Source: Tubiluchus corallicola
Lineage: Eukaryota > Animalia > Priapulida
Length of the DNA stretch: 64,000 nucleotides
Direction of reading: 5' to 3'
Assembly: GCA_030141605.1 (NCBI GenBank)
Contig: JAQGDQ010000103.1
Span: 558,641-622,640 of the forward strand
Shown here: piece by piece, positions 1 to 23,166 of the stretch
How the letters are laid out: each line of letters starts with the position of its first letter
How positions within the stretch are numbered: the first letter of the stretch is position 1
The notes under the pieces: generated by a model
Database searches by the model: none
What the model was told of the DNA's origin: nothing
What the model saw: the letters and a program-made list of their open reading frames with translations, nothing else
Position numbers and translations under genes: made by a program

Positions 1-2373
1 TCATACATTTCGACTGGCGGATAAGTAACTCTGAAATGTTAAGAAGTTAAGAAATGTTGCCTATATAGCCAATGCAGTTGCCAACTTCTCTTTAAACACT
101 AATCCACTGGGTATCGTTGATAATGTGTTTATTATGTGATACCTTTGAATTTAAAATATCCTTCAAGTCGTAAAATCACTACCCGAATAACACAAAACGC
201 GGGTTCTAACTAATCTACTGCTACAGTGACCTACTTTACAGATGATGATGTAGACGCCAACAGATGGCACTACATGGTAAGACTAAAGGTCCACTGACAC
301 CCTGGTTGCTGTTAAAACTCACTACTGATTAGCGTGATACAAAAAAGCGCCGCACAGTCAGCTTGCGAAAAACGAAAAATCGGGGAAGAAAGAAGGAAGT
401 CCATACTCACTTGAATGCACTATATTTTATAGACGAAAAAATATTAATAACGAAGTACAAAGTGTAAAAGTTTTAATGTGACATGACTGGTATTTTGCAC
501 TGGGCTACTTTCTTGTTCATTTATTGATCATTTCTGCTTTATAAATGTCTCACTGCCAAGCTATCTTTTCCCCCATCACGTTCAGACAATGCTTTTGACA
601 ACGAGTGACCGATCATTTCTACGTTTTTCAGCGTACAAAATTGTAAAATAATAGTGGATTCTTAGGTACGATCGACGAGAAACGAACTAGACAGTAAGGC
701 AGTAATGACAGGTTCTGTTTTCCTGGGCTTTACTGGCGTTTTGTGCCTGTGCAGACCAGGTATACTGTGCAAAGTTTCTTCATAAGAAAAAGAAAACGGA
801 AAACCAGGAAAAAATGCCTTCCAGACAACATTTTTTAACTCATAGAAAGACATTTCTTAGACACATTTTAACTACATTTTTAGACCCTTGGGAAACCTTT
901 GTGGCATTTTTTCGAAAGCTTTAAATATTTGAGTCAAAAATATTCTCATAGTCTACAGTTTGACTGCTGATTGACGTGTATGTAAGTTTTATGTAATCGA
1001 GCACCTTTATTCTACGTGCAGCTGCCCAAACTTTATCTGGCAGGATAAATGGGCGATTTTATTTGTGGCAAAAGGAAAAGATGTCCTATCCTCACTGCGG
1101 TCGCGTTTTTGTGCGCTTTTTACGTTGAAATAACGGTAAAGATTCGGGAGAAATATTTCAAAATTTAAAGAAAGGGAAGTTACCATTAAAATTGATAGTT
1201 TCCGTTAAATTGGTGGATTGAAAGGTCTTAATGCTAACGTAGTCTAAATATAATTTTCATGAAATTTAGTTACAAAGGTTAATTATTACCATAATGACTG
1301 TGCATCTAACCCAAAATACAGCAGGCGCCGCTTAATAGACTCACTTTGGGACCGAGGTGTTTTGACCCAATTAACCGACTGAACCTATTCACCGATGGGT
1401 GTAGTATTACAGGTATAGAGAAATACAGAAGAGTCATCAGCTTACTATGCATTGCAAAGGTTTTTAATGAATATTAGAAATGAAGTAATGTCTAAATTTC
1501 TTTGTGCAGTTAAAAATTAGAAAAAAATATTTTAAAATATTAATTTATATACTTAGCAATAAGTCAAAAAGTATACTTCATAGACTGTAGTGGCTAGCAG
1601 CTGACTTGCAGCTTAATTTAATTCGCGGGAGTACTCGGCACAAGTATTAGTCACTCTTCCTGACATGATGTCACAGCACTGAGTGTCATGGCGAGCGATA
1701 ATATTTGTGACAGTACCAACGCTTAATTTAAGATACTATATCACATGAAAGCATGCACAAAACTGTTTTAAAAATAGGAAATATGTAATTCCGCCTACGC
1801 TATAAAATAAAATAACATTAAAAAATTGTGTCCTTTAAAGTAAAATTAGACAGAAATTTAACAACCTGCACAGCAGTTGCAAACAGGGCACCATATTCTG
1901 ACCAAATGGTTACTATTAAGGACGTGTAGGACATCATACAAGTTTTCATTTGGCGTTACTTTGAGTTAATCAAAATTGTCAAATTACGCCATCATTAATT
2001 AAGCCCTTCCGTTTGCCCTTGTTATGGAAATCATAATGCATGCCATGCAGCTACACACTTCAGGCATTCGCAAAAATGAAATGCAAGTTAAAACCGAAAA
2101 GAGTATGATTATGATGACACACTGGGTCTTTCGCTGCTCCAACTCACATAATACATTATTGAAATTGCTTACGCCATATATTGTATGCGAAATAAATGCC
2201 GAGGGAATTAATTGATTGAATTGAATTAGAATTACATTGCGACGCAGAATAAAAATGAAATTTTGTGTCTAATGAGTGCCACTGTTGTCTCTATCAGCTT
2301 CCTATTTCAACATTCTTGGCTTCATTTAAAATTTTTGATTGTGCCACAGATCAATTGATTTTTCAGTCCCACG

Positions 2374-2977
2374 CAATGGCGTAGGTAGGGGAGGGTTCTG
2401 CCCCTGGCAGCACTTTTCAAAGGGCGGCATTTTGATCAAGTACTTTGAAAAAGTTAATTCTATCGGAACAATAGAATGTGTTACAAAACTTTTATTTTGA
2501 GACCTATAATAACTTTTGAATCTGGAGTTGCCTGGAGTTAGTATAAATGTAGTTCGTTATCCATAACCAGTTTGCTCAGGGGACACCCATCTATTTACTG
2601 ACCAAGATTAACGTTTGTTAAATATGGTGAATAAGCATAGGTCACAACCAATTCAGCTGCTCTCTTCGCCACAACCTTATATAAAATGTAAGGAATAAGC
2701 ACAATATGAATCTAATTTGAGTAATTACGTAATTACATGTTCAAAGCCTTTCGGAATAAAAATGGTATTGATTCGTGTTTTAAAAATTGATAGTGACAAT
2801 TTGTTTTAGTGGGTCATCAATTTATCTCCACAGTAATTGATTTTTCGGTTATCACAATTGCATAACAACACCCATAAAGTTTACAAAATAATCCAAAATC
2901 ACAAGGATGTTGCTACGTTTATTTTTAACCTGGGACAAACTCAAGTGCCGCTCCGGGCGCCACAAGCTACGCCACTG
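2374..2977. mobile_element. Non-autonomous hAT-like MITE
   Basis: TIRs CAATGGCGTAG (2374) and CTACGCCACTG (2977). Left flank GTCCCACG (2366-2373) recurs at 2990-2997, 12 bp past the right TIR (imperfect TSD). Related termini at 41599-42114. Confidence 0.6.
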
Positions 2978-3228
2978 GTTACGCAACCTGTCCCACGCCG
3001 TGTATTCCAGTTTCCATAAAGGAGAGGGAATGGTTTAAAATATTTGGGGAACATCTAGAATCACGTAAAGTGTATTTTGTTTCCAAGTTTTTTGCTACAC
3101 ATACGAAACATCGTTTATATCAAATATGTAACAAATGTAATGCAGAGAAGCAGTCATCATAATTGTAGGAAAGACACAAATAAATTATATATTTAAGAAA
3201 ATTATTTTGATAAATATTGTTTTTCCAG

Positions 3229-3819
3229 ATCATTGAAGCGTTTCCTTCGACATGCTTGACCCAACAGGATTTAAAACAAAAATGCATCAATCCAGCTACA
3301 GCAAAGGTCTCCACTGTCACCACTATCACTAATCGCCATCAATATGGAAAAATATCAAAACCAAAATCAGGCTATGGTTCAAATCCTCGCTATGGTTCCA
3401 ATTCTGGCAGTGGTTCAGGTTCTAGGTATGGTTCCAATTCTGGCAGTGGTTCAGGTTCTAGATATGGTTCCAATTCTGGCAGTGGTTCAGGTTCTAGGTA
3501 TGGTTCTAATTCTGGCAGTGGTTCAGGTTCTAGGTATGGTTCCAATTCTGGCAGTGGTTCAGGTTCTAGGTATGGTTCTAATTCTGGCAGTGGTTCAGGT
3601 TCTAGGTATGGTTCCAATTCTGGCAGTGGTTCAGGTTCTAGGTATGGTTCCAGTTCTGGCTATGACTCAGATTCTGGGTATGGTTCTAATTCTGGGACAA
3701 GACCTGGTTCTAGGTATGATTCCAATCCTGGCAGTGATTCCGGTTATGGTTATGGTGCACCAGGAATTCGCCGACTGAAAAAATCAAAACGAAGAGGCTA
3801 TGGAAAATCTAGTTACTGA
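3229..3819 (+). CDS. Terminal exon of a Gly/Ser/Tyr-rich repeat protein ([12 protein letters not shown] x7, basic C-terminus [16 protein letters not shown])
   Basis: Acceptor ttgtttttccag before 3229; open frame to TGA at 3817-3819. Differences among the 7 core units are synonymous in this frame (tcc/tct, agg/aga). Upstream exons not firmly identified. Confidence 0.6.
   Translation: MIEAFPSTCLTQQDLKQKCINPATAKVSTVTTITNRHQYGKISKPKSGYGSNPRYGSNSGSGSGSRYGSNSGSGSGSRYGSNSGSGSGSRYGSNSGSGSGSRYGSNSGSGSGSRYGSNSGSGSGSRYGSNSGSGSGSRYGSSSGYDSDSGYGSNSGTRPGSRYDSNPGSDSGYGYGAPGIRRLKKSKRRGYGKSSY
3391..3750 (+). repeat. 36-bp coding tandem repeat: 7 near-perfect units (3391-3642) plus ~3 degenerate
   Basis: Unit tatggttc(c/t)aattctggcagtggttcaggttctag(g/a), read directly. 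Confidence 0.95.
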
Positions 3820-4071
3820 GGCTTAAAAATGTATGTTCAAACTTAAAAAATACGAAAAGCTTGTAGAAAGAAAAATCATAATAATCAAGCAAGAGGAAAA
3901 ATCGTGATTTTCTACGTTTGACAATCGGTACATCCTACGAAGCGTATAGATCCTACGGTGATGTTTGATTTCTGTAATTTGACATCTGAATGCTTTGTTT
4001 GCTAACATGATTGAAATTTTTGGTGATTGTGAGTGTTGTTCAATGTCAAATGTTGTTCAGTGTGTTAAAAC

Positions 4072-5531
4072 CAGGGTTTCACAAGGCCGCGACTTCTTTG
4101 CGAAGTTCGAAAAATTTCTAACAGTCGCCAGAAAATCTCATAACTGTGTTTTGTGTCGTCCAGGTCACAAATTATTCATGCGAAGTTTTAAATAATTTTT
4201 TTCTCGGGCGAAAGTCGCGAGAATGTCATAGGGTTAGGGTTAGCGTACTAAAGCGACCTGCGATACTTTACGTATGTATGTAATTTATTGACCAACGAAT
4301 TTATAATAAGATTACAAATTGCAGGGTAGATGATAAAAATAATAAACGCTTTATTTCACAAGTATATACACAAGTACAATTAACAAATCACGCACTTAAA
4401 CAGTCAACGCATACAGGAACACGTCCACAAGCAGTTAGTCCATAACAAGGCATATTCCTTACTGCGACGTCGCTAAAGTGCAACTTGAGTGCATGTTAAA
4501 CGACATGGCGAATGTTGCACGAAATTCGCGCGAGCATGATGTAATCATTTCAAGACCGTTTCATAAGATTTTCGCGGGAGGAGTGTAGGACAGCCGAGGT
4601 TCTCTAAAAGTAGCCAAAATGTTGAAAAATGGTCGCAAAGACGACGCAGCATTCTCAAAAGCCTCTTAAAATTAATATTCTCCAAGTTTTCGTGGAGTTT
4701 CGCCAAATTGGACGAACATGACGAGAAAAATAGCGTAAAATAGCTAATATTACATTGATGTATAATGTAGGTTTTGACCACATTTGAATTAATTTTGACT
4801 GTGAAGATCTCATTGAGGTTTATAAAAACTGCCAGAAAAGAAAACATTTTATTTTGTCCTTATTTAAAGTTAATCAAATAGTTGTTTCTATCTAACTTGC
4901 ATAGCCATAAACTAAACTAAACTGCGCGTTTTCTTGACTGCAACATGATTTAGTCAGCAACTCACAGACGTTGAACGTTGTGCATTTCTTCGTATAAATG
5001 AAACTAGACTATGTATTTCCACTAATTCACTTGCAATTTCAATTGACAATAATAAAATCTGAAACCAAGCCAATATTTCTCCCGCTAACTAATGAAAAGT
5101 TGAGCATTTTTCACAACAGTGTTAGACGGAGCTGTACCTAAATGTCCTGGACGTACCTGCGATAATTAAGCTCTGCAGGTGTGTGAAATAAGTTGCACGC
5201 TGATTGGGCCAGTCAACGAAAATGATTGACATTATGTTAGACGTCAATTGGCGCCGTTTTATCACACGTCTTGAACATGTTCAGACAAATTTACAACAGT
5301 TTGGGGAAATTTTGGTTAGGTGGAGAGTTTTGTGAGTCTGGCGATAAATTTTAAACACTTTAAATTTTTTGTCAAAGCCAGAGACATCTAGCCCTAGACG
5401 ACTACCGCGAACACCAGCGACACCTGCGAGTGTTTTGTGACTATTCGAGGATCTTTTGGAGCATATTTCGCGATTGTTGGACTCTGAAATTTTCGAATTG
5501 TCGCCGAAGTCGCGATCTCCGTGAAACCCTG
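4072..5531. mobile_element. Non-autonomous DNA transposon, hAT-like termini
   Basis: Perfect 11-bp TIR CAGGGTTTCAC / GTGAAACCCTG with further inverted similarity (cgcgacttc...ttcgaaaa); many subterminal GCGAC/GTCGC motifs; no transposase; TSD not clean. Confidence 0.65.
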
Positions 5532-5685
5532 GCTTAACTGACCATTGATATCAATGTATATATTACAACAGGTTGCCTTTTTTTCTTTAATTTGAAACTG
5601 CACTAATAACAGCAAAGTTAGCAGGTGTTTTATTTAACTCGCTTATGATATAATATATGTTTTTGCTGATTTTAATTCATTATAC

Positions 5686-5865
<180 letters not shown>

Positions 5866-6347
5866 CAAATACTTTTTAAGCGTAGTTGATTAAAAAAATA
5901 CAATAATTTATAACAAACACATCCCCATATATATCTATATATATATATCACAGGGCTGATTGAATTTATTATGCATATACCATAATTTGTTCACTATTTA
6001 TTAGACATTTTTTTTTCTATGATATTTTTATTGTATTCATTATAATTATGTAGTAAAATGTAGAATTTATAATGGGAGTGCATTTATTATTTTGTGTAGG
6101 GACGTGTAACGTAAAGATTGTATTTGTTACTACGTTATATTTTATTAATTGATAATTTAGAAAAGATCATTACTTTATAAAAGCACGTTTTGAACGTTTT
6201 GTTTAATTTTCCTACATAGGATTGAAGTGAATTGAATTGAATTTGCACAAAGAGTGTAGTTATTTCGTACATGTGTGCGTTAATCAGGGCATTTTTATTA
6301 AATTAATTGACGTTTTCGAAGCTAAGCACTCCCACTTTCTACAATAC

Positions 6348-6779
6348 CTTAAAAACTTAATTAACGAGCGCAGCAAGTGATATGATTTTTAGTCGCAGAA
6401 ACATTCCACGAGCGAGCATGTTGTTACTTGTTTACGAATTTGAAAATTGAAGTACAGTGCTACTGTACAACATTCAATGTAATATGAAAAAACTCAACAA
6501 ATTTATGTTTAAAATTTTAAATTCGAAGGTACCGCTGCGTCACCACAATTACGGCAGTACTGAACTGAGAAGTTCTGAAATGTAGGCGGTATGTCCATCT
6601 AACTAGCAAATGGCGAAATACAAACGTAACAGCGAAGAACTAGCCGCGCGAACTTGAAATTAAATTTTCGTAGTAATAGCTCTAAAAAAGTCACTCTTTA
6701 AAAACAGTTTTATTTTCCTTCAGTGTTTTATGCATTAGATTGTTTTGAGCTATAGTTTAAAATTGAGTCCTGTTCTCCT
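6348..6779 (+). mobile_element. Kolobok-like MITE, 5'-degraded copy
   Basis: Shares blocks with 15701-16251 (aaaattgaagtacagtgct, agcgaagaactagccgc, ttgttttgagctatagttta); ends gtcctgttctcct then TTAA. Confidence 0.65.
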
Positions 6780-7142
6780 TTAATTTCTTTTTGCGACACG
6801 GTATGTATCATACACAATAGAAATTGTCAACCTGTATATATTAGCTGCTGCATTTTGTCAAAAAGGAGACCCATATATCATTTTCCTTTTTACACTGAAC
6901 AGATAGTCGCAACAGTTTGCTATTACTTATATTGTACGTTTGAGTAACTTGAATATATACTCATACAAATAATTGAAATATAAATATATCAAAATAATGT
7001 TAATTCAAAACACCGGCAAATTAAAAATATTTATGTATTACGTAAATTTTATTTACGTAAAGAGAGTTATCTAAATTTGTAGTCACAGCTGCAAATTACG
7101 GATAATTAATTTAATTTTATAAGTAACAAAAAGCTCATTTTT

Positions 7143-7275
7143 GTGATCTATGCATCTAGTATGTATCTAGTGATCTATGATCTAGTGATCTATGAGACTT
7201 TGTGTCCAGTGAACTTTGATCTAGTGATCTATGGTCTAGTGATCTGTGATCTAGTAATCTATGATCTGGTGGTCT
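7143..7275. repeat. Degenerate 15-bp minisatellite (GATCTAGTGATCTAT)n
   Basis: Repeated gatctagtgatctat units read directly. Confidence 0.85.
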
Positions 7276-8514
7276 ACCACTATGTATCCAATTCGGAACT
7301 AGAACTTTATTTGAGTGCACAGGTGCTATAGTAAAATGTAAAATATTCATACGAAATATGATATCTACGAAGGACAGAAGAATAACAGATAAATTGCAAA
7401 ACAAATTAAAGTAACAGAATAGAAAATTTAAAATACAATTATATGGGGTGCCTCAAAAGTCACTAAACTATTTGAGTTCTTATTTTCTTTTAAAATGCTT
7501 CTCCAATCTGAGGAAGCTTTTACATGAATCCAAAGGGGCATTTGGTATCTCTTTTTTATTTATTGGAATCTGTGGCTATGGTGATGACAGTAATGGTAGA
7601 AACAAGATGCAAAATCAGTCCGGCGTGAGGTTCTTCGATCACCAACTGAAGTTTAGAGCTCCATATTGTCTACACTATTCTTTCACTATTAATAATGTAG
7701 TTTTTCAACAAGGAACAGCCCTTTCTCACAACTCCTGAGCTGTGAGAGACTTTCCCAATGCAAGCTGCTCGACTTGCTATTACATTGATCTCTGATTCTG
7801 AGGCTCTTGAGGTCCCTGAAAAAGGTTTGGAAAATAACAAAGTCTACTAACGCCGTAGTTCTTTTCAAACTTTTTGTTTAATTTGACTAAAAGAATTGCT
7901 CAAGATTTTAGTTCATCTGTACCAATTTTCAAACGCTTTGCTTTGTTTGTCAAAAATATAGAAAGTATAAAGCGTATAGTGACTTATGAGACACCCGATA
8001 TTTCTTACAAGTGATGTATTAAAATTGTCATGTACACCACTATTTTTACTATATTTTCAACAACATAAAGCAGTTTTTCCAAAGTATCGTTTTGAAGCAA
8101 ACATTCCTTAAGCAAACGACGGAATTGATGTTACAATCACTGATTCAATTCTTGCAACTCAAATATGGATAAAAAGGAAATAAAGGAAAATCGTGGTTCA
8201 CTTCGGATACGAACCATGGGCCATTGAGTTGCATCCTGATTATCTTAGACTACTGAACGACAGTAGTTAAAACATCGGGTTTTTAGCACAGAGATTCCTG
8301 ATTCAAAGCCGGATTCAGGTTTATTTTTTTACATGTTATCCTTTCCGTCAATTTGGATTACAAAAATGTAATCAATTGTATGCTCCATCATTAACTAATA
8401 ACCTGCCATTATAATCGCATGTAATTCATTAATTATTCTAATTATAGGTCTTAGACCCGAATAAACGTATTTTGTATGTCCACACACATTAAACAATAAC
8501 ACTACATTTACATA

Positions 8515-8775
8515 AACGACATAGTCTGGTGTATCGCGTATGCTTAGACTGGGAGGTCGCGGGTTCAATTCTACAGCCTGGTAATACCAAGTTGTTCAAA
8601 ACAAGCTTACGTTTTATTTTTAATATTCGATTTTAAATAAAATTTTCATTTCATTTCATATGCCAGGTACAGGTAATTAACATAGCATTATAATGAGACT
8701 GACTACGCGGTGAACAGTGATCGCACTGTGTAAGAGGTTCTTATGGGCTCATGCACCTTCTAATAATAATAATAA
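8515..8775 (+). mobile_element. tRNA-derived SINE-like element
   Basis: A-box-like tagtctggtg (~8522), B-box GGTTCAATTC (8562-8571), (TAA)n tail at 8761-8775; no intact cloverleaf. Confidence 0.55.
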
Positions 8776-9345
8776 AAGGAGATATAAACTCAGTTTTACA
8801 GACTTATTGTAGACTTATTGCAGACTAACCGTAGTAAAGACTAATTGTTGTCAAATTGCAGCGCAGCTTAAGACTAACTATAGTAAAATTTATGCAATAC
8901 CAGCACTATAAACTGTGCCAGTAACAGAGTTTTGTAAAAACCGTGGTGACATCTATCGACAGAAAAGATGAAGTATAATAAGCTGTTGAACCTTTTAGTG
9001 CAACTGTGCTGACAACTTTGAGGAGTCTTCCATGTAACGACATGTTTTATCATACTTTAATCTTACTCTTTAAAATTAACCTGCCTTTAATGTTGTATTT
9101 TTCGAACCTATGTGTTATTATTGTATTTCATCTGCAGGCCAGCGCCATCTCTTGTTTTTAGTTGAAACAAATGCGATGTGCTGATTAGGTCGTGTGATTA
9201 CATGTCCAGGAATGAGACACAGAAGTGACAAAAAATTGAAGAAAGTGCATTAAAGAAAGAATTATTATCAAGTGTGCAATTTTAGGTGACAACAATGCTT
9301 ATCAGCATGAAGTTATCACTCAGTCATAATTTTAACACATCCCGT

Positions 9346-19356
<10,011 letters not shown>

Positions 19357-19379
19357 CTTGGTTGCTATCTTTCTCTACA

Positions 19380-19760
19380 TGCTGAGAACAGTACAACACA
19401 CAATTTAAACAGTTGCAGAAACTTAAATGAACGTTCTGCAAATTCAGATTAACATAGTACGACTGTTACGCTGCCGCTAATTATCAAAAATTATGAGCGC
19501 GCTGATATGCGTTACAGAAACACCGGAATAATGTTTTTTATGAGCCAATATTACTTTGCCGAACCAGACATTCTTCATTTTTCGGGTTAACAGACCAGGA
19601 TTCGAGTTGCCTTACTTGCTGCAGCATTTGACTGTGATTGACATTTATGAGTTGCTGGCGTCAGCCAATCAGGGTTGCCTAATTTTACTGTGCTTTGTAC
19701 AAATAGCTCAAGCAACTCACAGTATTCAAATAATTACGTAAAACTGCGGCCCTAGTAGAG
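19380..19760 (-). promoter_or_regulatory. Putative Vax 5' UTR / proximal promoter
   Basis: Non-repetitive segment just upstream of the ATG, with two AGCCAAT boxes (~19542, ~19663) and TAATT cores; transcription start not determined. Confidence 0.4.
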
Positions 19761-19827
19761 AAAGGGACAGTTTAGTGGCGATTAGAGAGTGTTAGTAAGA
19801 TACCGAAGTTGAAACGGAAATATTTAA

Positions 19828-20403
19828 AGGAAAACAGGATAATTTTTCATATCTTATCCCATTTTGAAGTACGTTAAATAGTACACATTTAGATAATTAA
19901 ATAATAGGCTTAAAATAGCTTAGCTAACGGCGGGCGAGCCCAACTGAACATAATTTTCAACTGAACACACATTTCACGAGTGTTTTACACGTGTTTGTTA
20001 AAGCGAAAATTGAAGTACGGTGCTACCGAACAACATTCAGTGTGATGTGGAAAAACTTGGCAAATTTTAAATTAAAACTCAAATTTCAAGTTTACTGCTG
20101 TGCTCACGCATAAGCTCTCGAACGTGAACATTACGTCATAACTGAACACCTCTGAACTAAGAGGTACAGAACCTGTTTTTTTTTGTACGACGTGTCTGCG
20201 AAATGCAGGTTTAGTACGCATTAAATTAGCGAATGGCAAAATGAATGTAAGCAGCGAAGAACTAGCCGCACGAACGCGAAATTACCGTTCTGTTTTAATA
20301 TTTTTTTCATGCACGTCATTCTTAAAGAAATGGTAGGTTCCCTTTGAATATCTTATAGAGTAGATTGTTTTGAATTATAGTTTAAGATTGGGTCTAGTTT
20401 CCT
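19828..20403 (+). mobile_element. Kolobok-like MITE copy
   Basis: TTAA+AGGAAAACAGGAT start; internal blocks match 15701-16251; ends ctagtttcct. Confidence 0.78.
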
Positions 20404-22589
20404 TTGTATTTCTTCATGGAATAGTAACACGCGCATGGAAACTGGAATTTTGTTTGTTTCTGTTAATTCGATGTTAGGATAGGATTTCTGGGATCGGTTC
20501 TTTAAATAACCTCATGATGATCTTGAGACAAAATTCTAAGAGCCAACTGTTAAAAATTATTTTGGATACAATTAATTTCATATCTCGCTACTCGCAAGCT
20601 CTTCTTCCTAATTTTTTTTGCCTCACACATTTTTTTGAAAATTTACTGTTTCATATAACGTTTTAATCAAATCATATTTTACTGATCCTTGATTGTAAAT
20701 ATTTAAAAAACACAACTAAAGAGAAATTAAATTGTAGATAGCGAGATGAAGGTTGAAAGTAGCTTTAGAAAAGCTAAATTAATTGATGATTTATTAATAG
20801 AATTAAAAAGACGCATGTTTTTTGTCTTCAGTTATTTTTATTATTATTTTTGGTACAAATTTCTTGTCAGTTTTATTGCCCCTACATTTGCTCACAAAAT
20901 AAGTGATACAATGTTTATTAAAGCACAAAAACACATTTCATAAATAAAGATAATAAAAATTTGTCTTGAAATTTTTGTATCACTCACATGCTGTCTTAAT
21001 GCATAAAGGGCTTGCAATAGACTCCGCGATGACCATTAGGCGCAGACATTTTAACGGTATGTTGTTTGAAACAAGTTTAGATAACATTGCATAAAGTTTG
21101 CAAAAACAATCAGAGCATTTGTTGCACTCTCTTCGCTAACTAGCCAAAACTTTACATTACTTTTACTTTATATTAGATTAATAATGTATTTTTTGTGAAC
21201 CAGTAGTGCACATTAGGATAATGATACAGCGACGTTTGGAGCAAACACTTTAAATCACTCAGAATTTTCTTTTCTAGTTGCATAAATCTTTCAAACAAGT
21301 AAGCGTAGTGCTGAGAAATATAACTTTGTGTGAAAAGTTTTTTTGGGATGTACTTTAAAATTGCCTCTTGCCCCTTTAAGCAGGCGGACTGCCATATTGT
21401 TGCATATTGTTATTCACCATCGTCTCACTGAGCTTACTTTTTATTAGTCCTGCGAGAACTCACATTGGCTCAGAAGACGTAATGTTTAACGAAACTTAAA
21501 CGGGTTCAGACGTTTTAAATTCGTCCATCAAATCTCCCCATGACATCAGCATGAACTACAAAAGCAACTGGTATTGACGAATGATCCAATTCATTGAAAA
21601 ACTCCATGCGGCTGCGGGTCTTGCTTTCACCATAGACTAGCTGATTTGACGATAAGTGATGGATAAATCCACCAGGAGGCGTGCAGAGCGGGACGCTGGA
21701 TGCCCATTTGTGGAGGCAGAACGCTTTACCGCGCACTGCATTAGCAACTCAATATACCCTCTACAAGTTAATGTGTTTATAATTAAGCTAATTTGGTCAC
21801 AGCGTCTCAGTGATAAAAAACGCTTTGGTCTGTGGGCTACTGAAATCACTCATGAGATCCGTGGTTGGAGTTTCTGACATTTAGAATACATCTTGCGCAC
21901 GTGCAAACAGGAGAATTTACAATTTCCGTTTCTGCTTTTCATTTTAGCGAAGAAAATTCTGATAATTATCCTTTAAGTTTTACTACAATTTGTATATTTA
22001 TTACATAATTGTATACATATTTAATATAACATGCATAAATATTAGTAACGAAGTAATATTCATTTTTCAATATAGAAGATAAAATATGTACAACTGTGAA
22101 ATAAAAAGATAATATGTAAAGGGATGTTAGTGGTGTGAAAAAGCTCAAGGAGCGCAACAAATGAGGTAACTTGAGCTAAGATTGTCTTCTCTAAATGTAT
22201 CCAGAAATAAATTCAAATACGTGAAAGAGCCAGATTCCAACTGAATCAATGTACTTATATTTACACAAGCACCAATCGCCGATGGTTCTAAACAGACATA
22301 ATCTCAGTTACATTACTTATATGTATATCATTGCAAAACGTGTAAATGAGGAGAAAGGTCAAGTAAATGGTTTACTTTTTGTTGTAAGGTTGGATATAAG
22401 AAGATCTTCTGAAGAAAATCTAAAAATCCAATCTGTGTACTTTGAGCGACAGTATTCTCATCTCGACTATTAATCACTTCATTTCTTGAATTGAATTATT
22501 GTAGAAAGAGGATAAGGAGAAATTTGTATTATAGATGAATTTGAATTTGATTAGGATTGCAAAAATCTCATTATCTTCAAATAATTTAA

Positions 22590-23166
22590 AGGAAAACATG
22601 ATGATTTTTCATACCCCACCACATTTTGAAAGTATATATTTTACCATCTATAATAATGCCAAAGTGTTTCTGATAATTAAATAATAGGTTAAAAACTTAA
22701 TTAGCGGCCAATTAGGGATGCCATCACAACCGAACATAATTTTTAGCAGCACAAACATTCCACGAGCGTGTTGCACGTGTTTGTGAAAGCGAAAGTTGAA
22801 GTACAGTGCTGTTGTACAACATTCATTGTGATATACACAAACTAAGCAAAGTCAAATTTCAAGTTTACTGCAATGCTCACGCATCAGCTCTTGGACGTAT
22901 GCACTATGTCGCAACTGAGCACCTCTGAACTGAGAGGTACAGCATATGTTATTTGTGCAACGCGTTTGCGAGACGCAGGTGCTAGTGCCCATTTAAGTAG
23001 CGAATGGCGAAATGCATGTAATAGCGAAGAACTATTCGACTTAAACCTAAATTATGTTTCTATGGTAATAATTCTTCGCGTAAATCCATTCCTGGAAAAA
23101 CTGTCTCTTTCAATTTTTTACGGGTTAAATTAGTTTGAGCTATGGTATATTGTGTCCGGGTTTTCT
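22590..23166 (+). mobile_element. Kolobok-like MITE copy
   Basis: TTAA+AGGAAAACATGAT start; same internal blocks; ends gtccgggttttct+ctaa. Confidence 0.78.

Noticed and set aside
3344-3778. Alternative-frame ORFs over the 36-bp repeat ([12 protein letters not shown]; antisense EPEPLPEL)
   Set aside because: By-products of a stop-free repeat; variation is synonymous only in the Gly/Ser/Tyr frame.
4229-4243. TTAGGG telomere-like motif
   Set aside because: Only about two units, inside a transposon remnant.
8195-8330. tRNA-like box fragments (similar ones at ~23840-23980, ~43880-43985, ~50900-50995)
   Set aside because: No cloverleaf can be built; probably decayed SINE-like pieces with unsupported boundaries.
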